NCBI GenBank assembly: GCA_044230345.1
Contig: JBGARF010000013.1
Location: 90,370-154,369 of the forward strand
DNA: 64,000 nt
Reading direction: 5' to 3'
Source: Limisphaerales bacterium
GTDB lineage: Bacteria > Verrucomicrobiota > Verrucomicrobiia > Limisphaerales > JADJPG01
Numbering within the stretch: position 1 is the stretch's first letter; each line of letters starts with the position of its first letter. Made by a program: the position numbers and the translations under genes. Positions 17,326 through 26,205 of this stretch are shown here, in pieces. Below the pieces are notes generated by a model. The model made no database searches, was not told the origin of the DNA, and saw nothing but the letters and a program-made list of their open reading frames with translations.

Positions 17326-18090
17326 ATGGCATTGCGAATCAGTTTGATCCTGGCCATTCTGGCAGGACTTGGCGTCATCGGCGTGAGTCAGTTTGTATTG
17401 CGACCGCAGGTCGAGGAGATCGTTGCCACCCGCGACAGTAACAAGAAGAACTGGGACGACGCGGAGGGACGATTTAAGAAAAAATCGAAAGAGCTCACCG
17501 AAACCCAAACCAAGCTCACTTCAACCGAGAAGACTTTGGAAGATACCAAGAGTCAGTTGGGCGCGATGACGTCCAAGGCCGATTCTCAGGAAAAGCGGGC
17601 CAACGGTCTTGATCAAGTGCTGGCTCAGACCAAGCAGACGCTGAAAGGTGCCCAGGAGAAATTGGAGCAATGGCGTCAGACTGGTCTCGAGCCCGAGCAG
17701 GTCCGAAATCTGATTGCGAGCGAGAAGGTTTTGCAGCAGGCCAAGGCGGCCCTGGAGGAAGAGGTCAATGTTTTCGCCAAGAAGAACGCGCGTTTGGAGA
17801 ATGAGTTGCTGACTTACCGCAGTGGCGAAGTGGATCCCTACGTTCCTGCAGAGGTTCGGGGCAAGGTGACGGTGGTGGATCCGAAATGGGATTTCATTGT
17901 GCTCGATGTTGGCGCGGGCAAGGGGATTCCTCAACGAGGCATTCTCTTGGTCAGCCGCAATGGTGAGTTGGTGGCCAAAGTTCGCGTGATGACGGTGGAA
18001 GACCAACGTTCCATCGCCAATGTCCTTCCGGGCTGGAAGTTGAAGGACATCATGGAAGGCGACGTGGTGATCGCCTATTCGACGCGGTAA
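17326..18090 (+). CDS. Membrane-anchored coiled-coil protein (hypothetical)
   Basis: N-terminal TM helix MALRISLILAILAGLGVIGV, about 150 aa of heptad-like K/E/Q/L-rich sequence, and a small C-terminal beta-rich domain (KVTVVDPKWDFIVLDVGAGKG...GDVVIAY). Confidence 0.7.
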   Translation: MALRISLILAILAGLGVIGVSQFVLRPQVEEIVATRDSNKKNWDDAEGRFKKKSKELTETQTKLTSTEKTLEDTKSQLGAMTSKADSQEKRANGLDQVLAQTKQTLKGAQEKLEQWRQTGLEPEQVRNLIASEKVLQQAKAALEEEVNVFAKKNARLENELLTYRSGEVDPYVPAEVRGKVTVVDPKWDFIVLDVGAGKGIPQRGILLVSRNGELVAKVRVMTVEDQRSIANVLPGWKLKDIMEGDVVIAYSTR

Positions 18091-18128
18091 TCGGGTGATG
18101 CGCTAACGGGCGTTGATCCAAAAACGAC

Positions 18129-18302
18129 ATGGTCTGGCGCCAAATACGACTTCCGATCCTGCTGAGCCTTCTGGCCTGCAGCGCCTATCTTCTCGTGGGC
18201 TGCGCCAGTCCTGAGGCGGCCGAAAACGAATCCGAACGTCCGTGGAATGCCCCGCGCAGCTGGGAGCACGGCCTGCCCGGGTTCATGAACGAAGGCCGAT
18301 AA
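18129..18302 (+). CDS. Small putative lipoprotein (57 aa)
   Basis: Below the ORF-track size cutoff. My translation is MVWRQIRLPILLSLLACSAYLLVGCASPEAAENESERPWNAPRSWEHGLPGFMNEGR*. It has a lipobox-like LLVGC after a hydrophobic stretch. It starts 38 nt after the previous gene, and a hairpin ccgccg-tcct-cggcgg follows the stop. Confidence 0.5.
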   Translation: MVWRQIRLPILLSLLACSAYLLVGCASPEAAENESERPWNAPRSWEHGLPGFMNEGR

Positions 18303-18493
18303 GACGTCCGACCCCGCGTCCGGCCCCCGCCGTCCTCGGCGGCAATAAGGTGCGTCAATTCAGAGTTAACGCAGTGGCTAGGGGCATCGTCTTCCCATCC
18401 CTCGAAGAATTCTCCCTCCCGAGCCTAACTGAGCAGAACTAACTGAGCAGAAGAATGAGATGAGTCCGAGATGGATCCTCGTCTCGCCCGCCT

Positions 18494-20059
18494 TTACTTC
18501 GCAAATTCCACGCAGCGGGTTTCCCGCACCACGGTCACGCGAATCTGTCCTGGGTATTGCAGTTCGGCCTCAATCTTTCGCGAGATCGATCGAGCCAACG
18601 CAAAGGACTCTTCATCCGTCAATTGTTCCGGCTTCACCAGCACCCGCAACTCCCGTCCAGCCTGCACTGCATAGCACTTGTCGACGCCGGTGAACGATAA
18701 TCCGATGCGTTCCAGATCGCCGACGCGCTTGATGTAGGTGGTCATCGTTTCCGACCGGGCGCCCGGTCGCGATGCGCTGATGGCATCCGCCGCGCTGATC
18801 AAGATGCCGAGCACGCCGTGGTGCGGAACTTCGTCGTGGTGGGAGGCCACCGCGTTGACGATCTCTTCGGTCTCACCGCAGCGCCGGAGAATGTCGGCTC
18901 CCACCAACGCATGGGCGCCTTCGATCTCGTGGCTGACCGCCTTGCCGATGTCGTGAAAGAGTCCGGCGCGGCGGGCGGCGGAGGCGTCGAGGCCCATCTC
19001 CGAGGCGAGCAGGCCGGCGAGGTGGGCGACTTCGGTCGAGTGATCGAGAATGTTTTGGGAGAAGCTGTGCCGGAAGCGCAGGCGTCCGAGCAGTCGGGCA
19101 ATCTCCGGATGCACCGCCGCGAGGTTGACCTTGGCCACGGCTTCCTCGCCCAAGCGGACGATGGTTTCGTCCATTTCCTGGGTGACCTTGGTGACGACCT
19201 CTTCGATGCGGGTGGGGTGGATGCGTCCGTCGAGGATGAGGCGATGCATCGATTCGCGGGCGATCTCGCGTCGGACCGGGTCGAAGCCGGAGAGCACCAC
19301 GGCATTCGGGGTGTCGTCGATCAGCACGGTGATGCCGGTGGCGGCTTCGAAGGCGCGAATGTTGCGGCCTTCGCGGCCGATGATGCGACCCTTGAGTTCC
19401 TCGTTGGGGAGCGCGACGGTGGCGCTGGAGATCTCGTAGGTGTGTTCCCCAGCGTAGCGCTGGATGGCGAGGCCGATCAGATGACGGGCCTTGTCTTCGG
19501 CTTGGGTGCGCGCCTCGTCGAGAATTCGGCGGGTAAGCGAGCCCGCGTCCCGGAGGGCTTCGGTTTCGACGTCCTTGAGGAGTTGCTGGCGGGCTTCGGT
19601 CTCGGACAGTCGGCTGACATTGGCCAGGGCTTCGCGGCGCTGGGCGGCGAGCTGGCGCAGTTCCTGGCGCTCGTTTTGGAGAGAGTCAGTCTGGCGCCGA
19701 AGTTCCTCGCGCTGTTCGCGCACGGACGCTTCCTCGGCCACCATGTGGCGGAGTTGGCCGTTGACGAGGGACTCGCGTTCGGCGAGTCGGCGTTCGAGGT
19801 CGTGGGCTTCCTCTTGTCGGCGGGCGAAGGATTGCTCGGTGGCCTGCCGCAATTTGAGGGCTTCCTCGTTCGCCTGGAGGCGCGCTTCCCTGAGGATAGC
19901 CTCGGCATTGCGACGGGCGTCCTCCAGGATGGATTGTTCCCGAATGGCGAGCGCGCGGCGGATTGAACGTTCCTTCCAGCGCAGGAGCCAGTAACCGCTG
20001 GTCATCCCGAGCACGAGGCTGGCCGAGCCGACCCAGAGCGGATTTTCGAGAAAACTCAT
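18494..20059 (-). CDS. rny: Ribonuclease Y
   Basis: N-terminal TM helix, long coiled-coil, KH domain (LKGRIIGREGRNIRAFE) and HD domain (HSTEVAHLAGLLA...LFHDIGKA...HH). Confidence 0.95.
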   Translation of the reverse strand: MSFLENPLWVGSASLVLGMTSGYWLLRWKERSIRRALAIREQSILEDARRNAEAILREARLQANEEALKLRQATEQSFARRQEEAHDLERRLAERESLVNGQLRHMVAEEASVREQREELRRQTDSLQNERQELRQLAAQRREALANVSRLSETEARQQLLKDVETEALRDAGSLTRRILDEARTQAEDKARHLIGLAIQRYAGEHTYEISSATVALPNEELKGRIIGREGRNIRAFEAATGITVLIDDTPNAVVLSGFDPVRREIARESMHRLILDGRIHPTRIEEVVTKVTQEMDETIVRLGEEAVAKVNLAAVHPEIARLLGRLRFRHSFSQNILDHSTEVAHLAGLLASEMGLDASAARRAGLFHDIGKAVSHEIEGAHALVGADILRRCGETEEIVNAVASHHDEVPHHGVLGILISAADAISASRPGARSETMTTYIKRVGDLERIGLSFTGVDKCYAVQAGRELRVLVKPEQLTDEESFALARSISRKIEAELQYPGQIRVTVVRETRCVEFAK

Positions 20060-20060
20060 G

Positions 20061-20744
20061 CTACGACAACGGGCTGCGGTCTTGGCCGGATTGCGGCGGG
20101 GCGGAGGAGTGCCGGGGTTGGGAGCGGAGGCAACCCGACGGTGTGATCACCAGGTCGAGTCGAACGTCGTGCGGTTCCATCGGAAGTTCCGGAATCATCT
20201 GTGCTTCGAACGCCACGCCACATTTACAGCCCGTGCCAACGGCCAGCAGGCGGTCGTAGTAACCCTTGCCCCTTCCCAGCCGGGCCCCTGAGGCGTCGAA
20301 GCCTAGGCCAGGCACCAGGATCAAGTCGAGCGCCTTTCCGTTCCATGCGGGGCAATGAGTTCCCGGTTCGCGAATTCCATATGGGCCCACGCCAAGATCC
20401 TGGTCCAGATCCATCACCCGGCACGGCTGGTAGGCGTTCGTTTTCGGATCGAAGCGCGGCAGGTAAATGGCCCGGCCGGCAGCGTGCGTCGCGCGCACGG
20501 CGGGCCAGATGTCCGGCTCGCCCGCCGTCGGCACGAAGGCAAGGATCGTGGTCGCATCGCGCCAGGCGGGCAACGCCAGGAGGTGTTGCCGGATTTGCGC
20601 TGATTCATCCTGCCGACCGGCGGCGCTCATGGCCCTGAGTCGTTCGCGCAGTTCCCGGCGAAGTGCGGCCTTGGCCTCCGCTCGGCTTTCGGCGGGCCCG
20701 CTCACGGCGTGGCCTTTCGCGCGGCGCGCAACGCCTCCCGCCAT
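20061..20744 (-). CDS. 5-formyltetrahydrofolate cyclo-ligase
   Basis: LRRELRERL...ILAFVPTAGEPDIWP...IYLPRF...DLILVPGLGFDASGARLGRGKGYYDRLL. ATG 20744 overlaps rarA by 43 nt. An alternative GTG at 20705 forms a GTGA overlap with the rarA stop. Confidence 0.85.
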   Translation of the reverse strand: MAGGVARRAKGHAVSGPAESRAEAKAALRRELRERLRAMSAAGRQDESAQIRQHLLALPAWRDATTILAFVPTAGEPDIWPAVRATHAAGRAIYLPRFDPKTNAYQPCRVMDLDQDLGVGPYGIREPGTHCPAWNGKALDLILVPGLGFDASGARLGRGKGYYDRLLAVGTGCKCGVAFEAQMIPELPMEPHDVRLDLVITPSGCLRSQPRHSSAPPQSGQDRSPLS

Positions 20745-22093
20745 TTCTCAATCCGTTCCTTGATCTTCTTCTCCGTCCCCTGCTCGGTGGGCTCGTAGTA
20801 GCGCTTGTCGGCACCGAGATAATCCTGGGCCACGAAATGTCCCGGATGTTCGTGGGCGTATTCGTAGCCCGTCCCGTGACCCAGCCGGCGGGCGCCCTCG
20901 TAGTGGGCGTCGCGCAACGCCGAGGGGACGGGCAGCGTCCGCCCCGAACGCACGTCCTCCAGCGCTGCATCGATGGACTTGATCACGCTGTTGCTCTTGT
21001 GGGCGCCTGCCACATAGATCGCGGCTTCCGCGATCGGAATCCGTGCCTCCGGCCAGCCGACAAACTCCGCCGCCTGATGCGCCGACATGGCCAGCACCAG
21101 CGCCATCGGGTCGGCCAGCCCGACGTCCTCCGCCGCCTGAATGACAATCCGCCGCGTGATGAACCGCGGGTCCTCGCCCGCATGAATCATCTTGGCCAGC
21201 CAATACAGCGTCGCATCCACGTCTCCACCGCGCATCGACTTGATGAAGGCGGAGATGGTGTCGAAATGCGCATCGCCGTCGCCGTCATAGACAATGGCCT
21301 TCTTCTGGATGCTTTGTTCGGCCACGGAAAGGTCGACCACGATTTCTCCCGTGGGCTGGGGCGGAGTCGTCAGCGCGGCGATCTCCAGCGCGTTGAGCGC
21401 CTTGCGGGCGTCGCCGTCGGAGACGCGGGCGAGATGGCGAAGCGCGTCGTCGTCGACCCGGAGCTTGAGATAGCCGAGCCCGCGTTCGGCGTCGCGCAGG
21501 GCACGTTGGAGCAGTTCGAGCAGGTCTTCCTCGGAGACGGGTTTCAACTCGAAGACCTGCGAGCGGGAGACCAGCGGTGAATTGACGAAGAAGAAGGGAT
21601 TGTGGGTGGTCGCACCGATCAGGCGCACGTGGCCGGCTTCGACGTCGGGCAGGAGGACGTCCTGCTGCGATTTGTTGAAGCGATGGATTTCGTCCACGAA
21701 CAGGATGGTCGGCTGGCCGGTGTTGGCCAGGCGATTGCCGGCCGAGGCCAGCACGCGGCGCATGTCGGCGACGTTCGATTCAACGCCGCTGAGGCGCTCA
21801 AAGTGGTTGCGGGTCTGTCCGGCGATGATCTGCGCGAGGGACGTTTTTCCCGTGCCTGGTGGGCCGTAGAAGATCAACGACTGGATGCGATCGGCTTCGA
21901 TGGCGCGCCGGAGGAGCATGCCGGGCCCGAGAATGTGCTGCTGGCCGACGTAGTCCGCGAGCGTGCGCGGGCGCATCCGTGCGGCGAGCGGCGCCGAGGC
22001 GTGTGCCGATGACTCCAGCCGCGGTTCGGCCGGCGCCGGCGTCGGCGTCCCGGGCGCGGCTGGAGCTGGCCCAAACAAGTCTCGTTGCGACAT
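20702..22093 (-). CDS. rarA: Replication-associated recombination protein A (AAA+ ATPase)
   Basis: LAARMRPRTLADYVGQQHILG, Walker A FYGPPGTGKTSLA, Walker B ILFVDEIHRFNK, ATTHNPFF, and a MgsA C-terminal region. Confidence 0.92.
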   Translation of the reverse strand: MSQRDLFGPAPAAPGTPTPAPAEPRLESSAHASAPLAARMRPRTLADYVGQQHILGPGMLLRRAIEADRIQSLIFYGPPGTGKTSLAQIIAGQTRNHFERLSGVESNVADMRRVLASAGNRLANTGQPTILFVDEIHRFNKSQQDVLLPDVEAGHVRLIGATTHNPFFFVNSPLVSRSQVFELKPVSEEDLLELLQRALRDAERGLGYLKLRVDDDALRHLARVSDGDARKALNALEIAALTTPPQPTGEIVVDLSVAEQSIQKKAIVYDGDGDAHFDTISAFIKSMRGGDVDATLYWLAKMIHAGEDPRFITRRIVIQAAEDVGLADPMALVLAMSAHQAAEFVGWPEARIPIAEAAIYVAGAHKSNSVIKSIDAALEDVRSGRTLPVPSALRDAHYEGARRLGHGTGYEYAHEHPGHFVAQDYLGADKRYYEPTEQGTEKKIKERIEKWREALRAARKATP

Positions 22094-22313
22094 GCCCCGA
22101 TTCTAGCCATCGCGCGGACACTGCACAGGCCGAAAAATGGACAGGCCTTTCTGAGGCGGTCGATTTGGATTGGACGCCGCTGCCGTTTTCAGGCGGAGGA
22201 GTGTCCAGAGAGGATGACAACGGGGACAGATACGTCCTGTCCCCAGACAGCGAGAAGATCGGGAGGACCTCGCGAGGCTCGTGGTATCCGCGGTGCTTAA
22301 GGGCGCTCGACGT

Positions 22314-25300
22314 ATGAGATGTCGTGTCAGCATTGGACGAGAGAACGGAGCGCGAGGACGAGGATGGCGCATGTTGCTGGGGCTTTGCTTGAGCCTTGGC
22401 CTAGGACTTGGACTTGGACTTGGACTTGTGTCGACGAGCCAGGCTGGCCAATCCATCGCCCTCGCCTGGAATCCCAACACCGAAACAAATCTCGCTGGAT
22501 ACAAACTTTATTACGGCACGGCGGCGGGCGTTTATTCGGGGCAGGTCACGGTGGAGCAACCGGGCACGGATGCGATCGTCACGAACCTGACCGCTGGTGC
22601 GACTTATTTTTTTGCGGTCTCCGCCTACTCGACTGAGGGGTTGGAGAGCGAGTTGTCGACGGAGATCTCGTATTTGGTGCCTGGCCCGGGCTCCACCAAC
22701 GTACCGCCGACCGCCCTGCCGTTGAGCGTCACCACCTCCGAGGAGCAAAGCGTGGCGTTCGCCCTGCGTGCGGCCGATGCCAATGGAGACCCGCTGACCT
22801 TCGTCATTGTGGCGCCACCGATCAACGGTCTCATCAGCGGATCGTCGCCCAATCTCACTTACCGGCCCAATGCGAATTTCTTCGGGACCGACACGCTGGT
22901 GTTTCGGGTGAACGACGGCCGAGCCAACTCCGGGCTCGCGATCGTCACGATTACCGTGAATCCGGTCAACGACACGCCCACACTGGCTCCACCGGGCAAT
23001 CTGTCGCTGCCCGTGAATGCGGGAGCCCAGACGGTCAGCTTGAGCGGCATCGGAAGCGGTGCGACGAACGAAAGTCAGACGCTGGTCGTGACCGCCTCCT
23101 CAAGCAACACGGGTTTGATCCCCAATCCGCAGGTCAGCTATGTCAGCCCGAATGCCACCGGCAGCCTGAGCTTCACGCCGGTGGTGAACGCCACGGGCTC
23201 GGCCACCATCACGGTGACCGTCAACGATGGTCAGTCGTTGAACAACGTGCTCAGCCGGACCTTTGTGGTCACGGTGGGCGCGCCGGGTAATCAGCCGCCG
23301 ACCATCAATCCGCTGTCCGATGTGGTTTGCAATGAGGATGCGCAGCAGCAGCTCGTGAATTTTGGCGGCATCACCGCGGGCGGCGTCGGCGAAAGTCAGA
23401 CTCTGTCGGTGACGGCTGTGTCCAGCAATCCCGGACTCATCCCCCATCCGACGGTCCGCTACGACAGTCCGATTTCCGCCGGCTACCTCACGTTTACGCC
23501 GGTGCCAGGCGGCTTTGGCACCGCGGAGATTACGGTCACGGTGAACGATGGTCAGCCCACGAACAATCTCACCTCGCGCCAGTTCCAGGTCACCGTCAAT
23601 CCGGTCAACGATCCACCGACGCTGGACCGCATCAACGACGTCGAGCTCTACGAGGACGACGGCGGAACCACCGTGGAGCTGACTGGAATCGCCAGCGGCG
23701 CAACCAATGAACAGCAAAACCTGACCATCACCGCCGTCTCCAGCAACCCGAGCATCATTCCGGATCCGGTGGTGCGTTACGACAGTCCTTCGTCCACGGG
23801 ATCTCTGCGGATCACGTCGGTGACCAATGGGGTGGGTTCCGCGACGATCACCGTGACGCTCAATGACGGTGGAGGAACCCGCAACACCGTGGTGCAGACG
23901 TTCTATGTCGCTGTGCGTGGAGTGAACGATCCGCCGGTCATGTCGCGCGTTCCCGACCAGATCATCGACGCCAACGGTTCTTCCGGTGTCCTTCAGTTCA
24001 CGGTGGAGGATCCGGACACGGCTCTGAACAGCGTGAGCATTCGCGCCACGAGCTCGAACCCCGCCTTGATTCCATCGTCGGGCCTCGTCGTGGGCGGATC
24101 GGGCGGCAACCGGACTCTGAGCATCACTCCAGCGCTCAGCGTCTCCGGCATCGTTCAGGTTTCCCTCGCTGCCACCGACGGCTACGCCACCAACACGCAG
24201 GTGATTCGGGTGAACGTTGGCTATGTCAACCAGGCCCCGACGATCTCCGCGATCTCGAATCAAACGGTCAACGCCTCCGCCACGCTGGCCAATGTTCCCT
24301 TCCAGATCGCCGACGCCGAGACGGACGCCGAGTCGCTAATACTGTCCGCCACCTCCGCCAACGCCGCGCTGATCCCGTCCACCAACGTCGTCTTTGGTGG
24401 TTCGGGCACGAACCGAACCCTGACCCTGACGCCGCTCGTGGGCCGCACCGGCACGACGATGGTCAGCGTGGCGGTGAGCGACGGCGCCCGCCGCGCGCAG
24501 CGATCGTTTCAACTCATTGTTCGCCCAGTGCAGGCGCGTTTGACCGTCAACCGGTCGGGCCGGGGGACCGTGACGCCCGACTTGAATGGCCAGAACCTGG
24601 TGGTGGGCGCGTCGTACTCCATCACGGCGGTGCCGGATGCCGCGCAGCTTTTTACTGGGTGGAGCGGGGGAGTCCACAGCACCAATCGCACGGTGACATT
24701 CGTCATGTCGTCAAACCTGGTGATTGAAGCCCGCTTTGAGGCGGACTCTTATCAGGTGGCGCAGGGCAGTTACAACGGATTGCTGGCCGAGGAGGATCTA
24801 GTCCGTCACGAAACCTCGGGCTTCTTCTCGGTCGTCTCGACCTCGCGCGGGTCCTACTCAGGCAAGGTGCAGGTGGGGTCCGGGAAGTATTCGATCTCCG
24901 GGTTGATGGGCCGCGATGGTCGCGCAACAAATCGCGTCCTTCGCACCGGGCTCAGCCCGTTGACCGTGGAAGTGTCGTTGGAATTGGGAGAATTGGTGGG
25001 CCGCGTGCGTGGCCGGGTGACAGATGGGGTGTGGACGGCTTTCATCGAGGGCGACCGCCAGCACTATCAGTCCAAGACAAATCCCGCGCCGTTTGCCGGC
25101 GCCTACACGCTGACGCTTCCCGCGGACACAGAATCGCCGACGGGCCCGCTGGGCAGTGGCCACGGCACCGTGCGAGTCGACGGCAACGGCGTCGCCTCGT
25201 TTCTGGGGGTGCTGGCGGACGGAAGCAAGACGGTGCAGAAAGTCCCTCTTTCTCGCAATGGTCAGTGGCCCTTCTATCTGCCGCTTTACCGGGGCGCGGG

Positions 25301-25748
25301 TGCTGCGCTCGGCTGGCTGCGGTTGGACAACGACGTGCGTGAGGTTGACGGGCAGGTGAGCTGGATCAAACCGACCGTGCCGTCGAAGTATTACGCGGGC
25401 GGATTTACCAACGAATCAGCGGTGGTGGGCGCCGGCTACGTGCAGCCCACCCCGGAGCAGTTGAAGTCGGGAGCGCGCCTGATGGAAGTCGCGTGCCTTG
25501 GCGGCAATCTGGCGGGTGTCGTGACCAATGAGTTGATGGTGCTGCCGAACGGTCGCCCGGTGGCCCCCAGCGGCCCGGTGAAATTCGGGTTTTCGCCGTT
25601 GACCGGTTTGTTCAAGGGCACCGTCCAGGACCCGGCCACGGGCAAGTTTCGAACGTTCTCCGGCGTGCTGCTGCAAAAGTGGGGCTCCGGCGCGGGCGCG
25701 GTCTTCGGCCTGGACGAAGTCGGCCTGGTTGAAGTCGCCCAGCCGTAG
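22314..25748 (+). CDS. Secreted FN3 - 6x cadherin-like repeat - InlB-B-repeat-like - uncharacterised C-terminal domain protein
   Basis: Signal peptide ...RGWRMLLGLCLSLGLGLGLGLGLVSTSQA (start ATG 22314 or ATG 22371). FN3 domain: SIALAWNPNTETNLAGYKLYYG...ATYFFAVSAYSTEGLES. Six ~105-aa repeats end in ...VTVN(P)VNDxPT. Then LTVNRSGRGTVTPD...FTGWSGG. The last ~330 aa are shared with the next gene. Confidence 0.85.
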   Translation: MRCRVSIGRENGARGRGWRMLLGLCLSLGLGLGLGLGLVSTSQAGQSIALAWNPNTETNLAGYKLYYGTAAGVYSGQVTVEQPGTDAIVTNLTAGATYFFAVSAYSTEGLESELSTEISYLVPGPGSTNVPPTALPLSVTTSEEQSVAFALRAADANGDPLTFVIVAPPINGLISGSSPNLTYRPNANFFGTDTLVFRVNDGRANSGLAIVTITVNPVNDTPTLAPPGNLSLPVNAGAQTVSLSGIGSGATNESQTLVVTASSSNTGLIPNPQVSYVSPNATGSLSFTPVVNATGSATITVTVNDGQSLNNVLSRTFVVTVGAPGNQPPTINPLSDVVCNEDAQQQLVNFGGITAGGVGESQTLSVTAVSSNPGLIPHPTVRYDSPISAGYLTFTPVPGGFGTAEITVTVNDGQPTNNLTSRQFQVTVNPVNDPPTLDRINDVELYEDDGGTTVELTGIASGATNEQQNLTITAVSSNPSIIPDPVVRYDSPSSTGSLRITSVTNGVGSATITVTLNDGGGTRNTVVQTFYVAVRGVNDPPVMSRVPDQIIDANGSSGVLQFTVEDPDTALNSVSIRATSSNPALIPSSGLVVGGSGGNRTLSITPALSVSGIVQVSLAATDGYATNTQVIRVNVGYVNQAPTISAISNQTVNASATLANVPFQIADAETDAESLILSATSANAALIPSTNVVFGGSGTNRTLTLTPLVGRTGTTMVSVAVSDGARRAQRSFQLIVRPVQARLTVNRSGRGTVTPDLNGQNLVVGASYSITAVPDAAQLFTGWSGGVHSTNRTVTFVMSSNLVIEARFEADSYQVAQGSYNGLLAEEDLVRHETSGFFSVVSTSRGSYSGKVQVGSGKYSISGLMGRDGRATNRVLRTGLSPLTVEVSLELGELVGRVRGRVTDGVWTAFIEGDRQHYQSKTNPAPFAGAYTLTLPADTESPTGPLGSGHGTVRVDGNGVASFLGVLADGSKTVQKVPLSRNGQWPFYLPLYRGAGAALGWLRLDNDVREVDGQVSWIKPTVPSKYYAGGFTNESAVVGAGYVQPTPEQLKSGARLMEVACLGGNLAGVVTNELMVLPNGRPVAPSGPVKFGFSPLTGLFKGTVQDPATGKFRTFSGVLLQKWGSGAGAVFGLDEVGLVEVAQP
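22392..22427 (+). repeat. In-frame hexanucleotide SSR inside the signal peptide ((L-G)n; ggactt x4 plus 2 related units)
   Basis: agccttggcctaggacttggacttggacttggactt read directly. It encodes SLGLGLGLGLGL. Confidence 0.9.
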
Positions 25749-26205
25749 GCGGGTTCGAGGCTCGAGCCGGGATCTGTTCTGCCTGGCGTCTCCGCGGCGC
25801 GCGACCTCCCCGCGCGCCTTTGGCGACGCTCCCCTTTTTCGCGGCGCGGCGTTGACGGTCCCACGACGCTACGACGCTACGACGCTCTCGATCTTTCGGT
25901 GGCTGCCGCGTTCAGCGATCCCCATCCGTGTCGTAGGAATTGCCGTGCCCACGGTTTCCTCCAAGACGGGTTCATCCACGCGCGTCCGAACCTCCGAGCG
26001 TCGTAGCCGACTCAAGCCGCTGCGGGCTGCAAGCCGGCTGCAAGCCCGCGGTCCGGCCGTTCCCCCCGCAGTGAGCGCTGGTGCTTTGTCCTGACGCGGG
26101 ACAACCAAGACAGGGCATCGGTTAGGCAGGACAGGGGCTCGGGCTGCAACTGGCTGAGGGGCAGGCACCGTTCAGGTGGTATCCTCGGTGCTAATGGTCG
26201 CAGTC

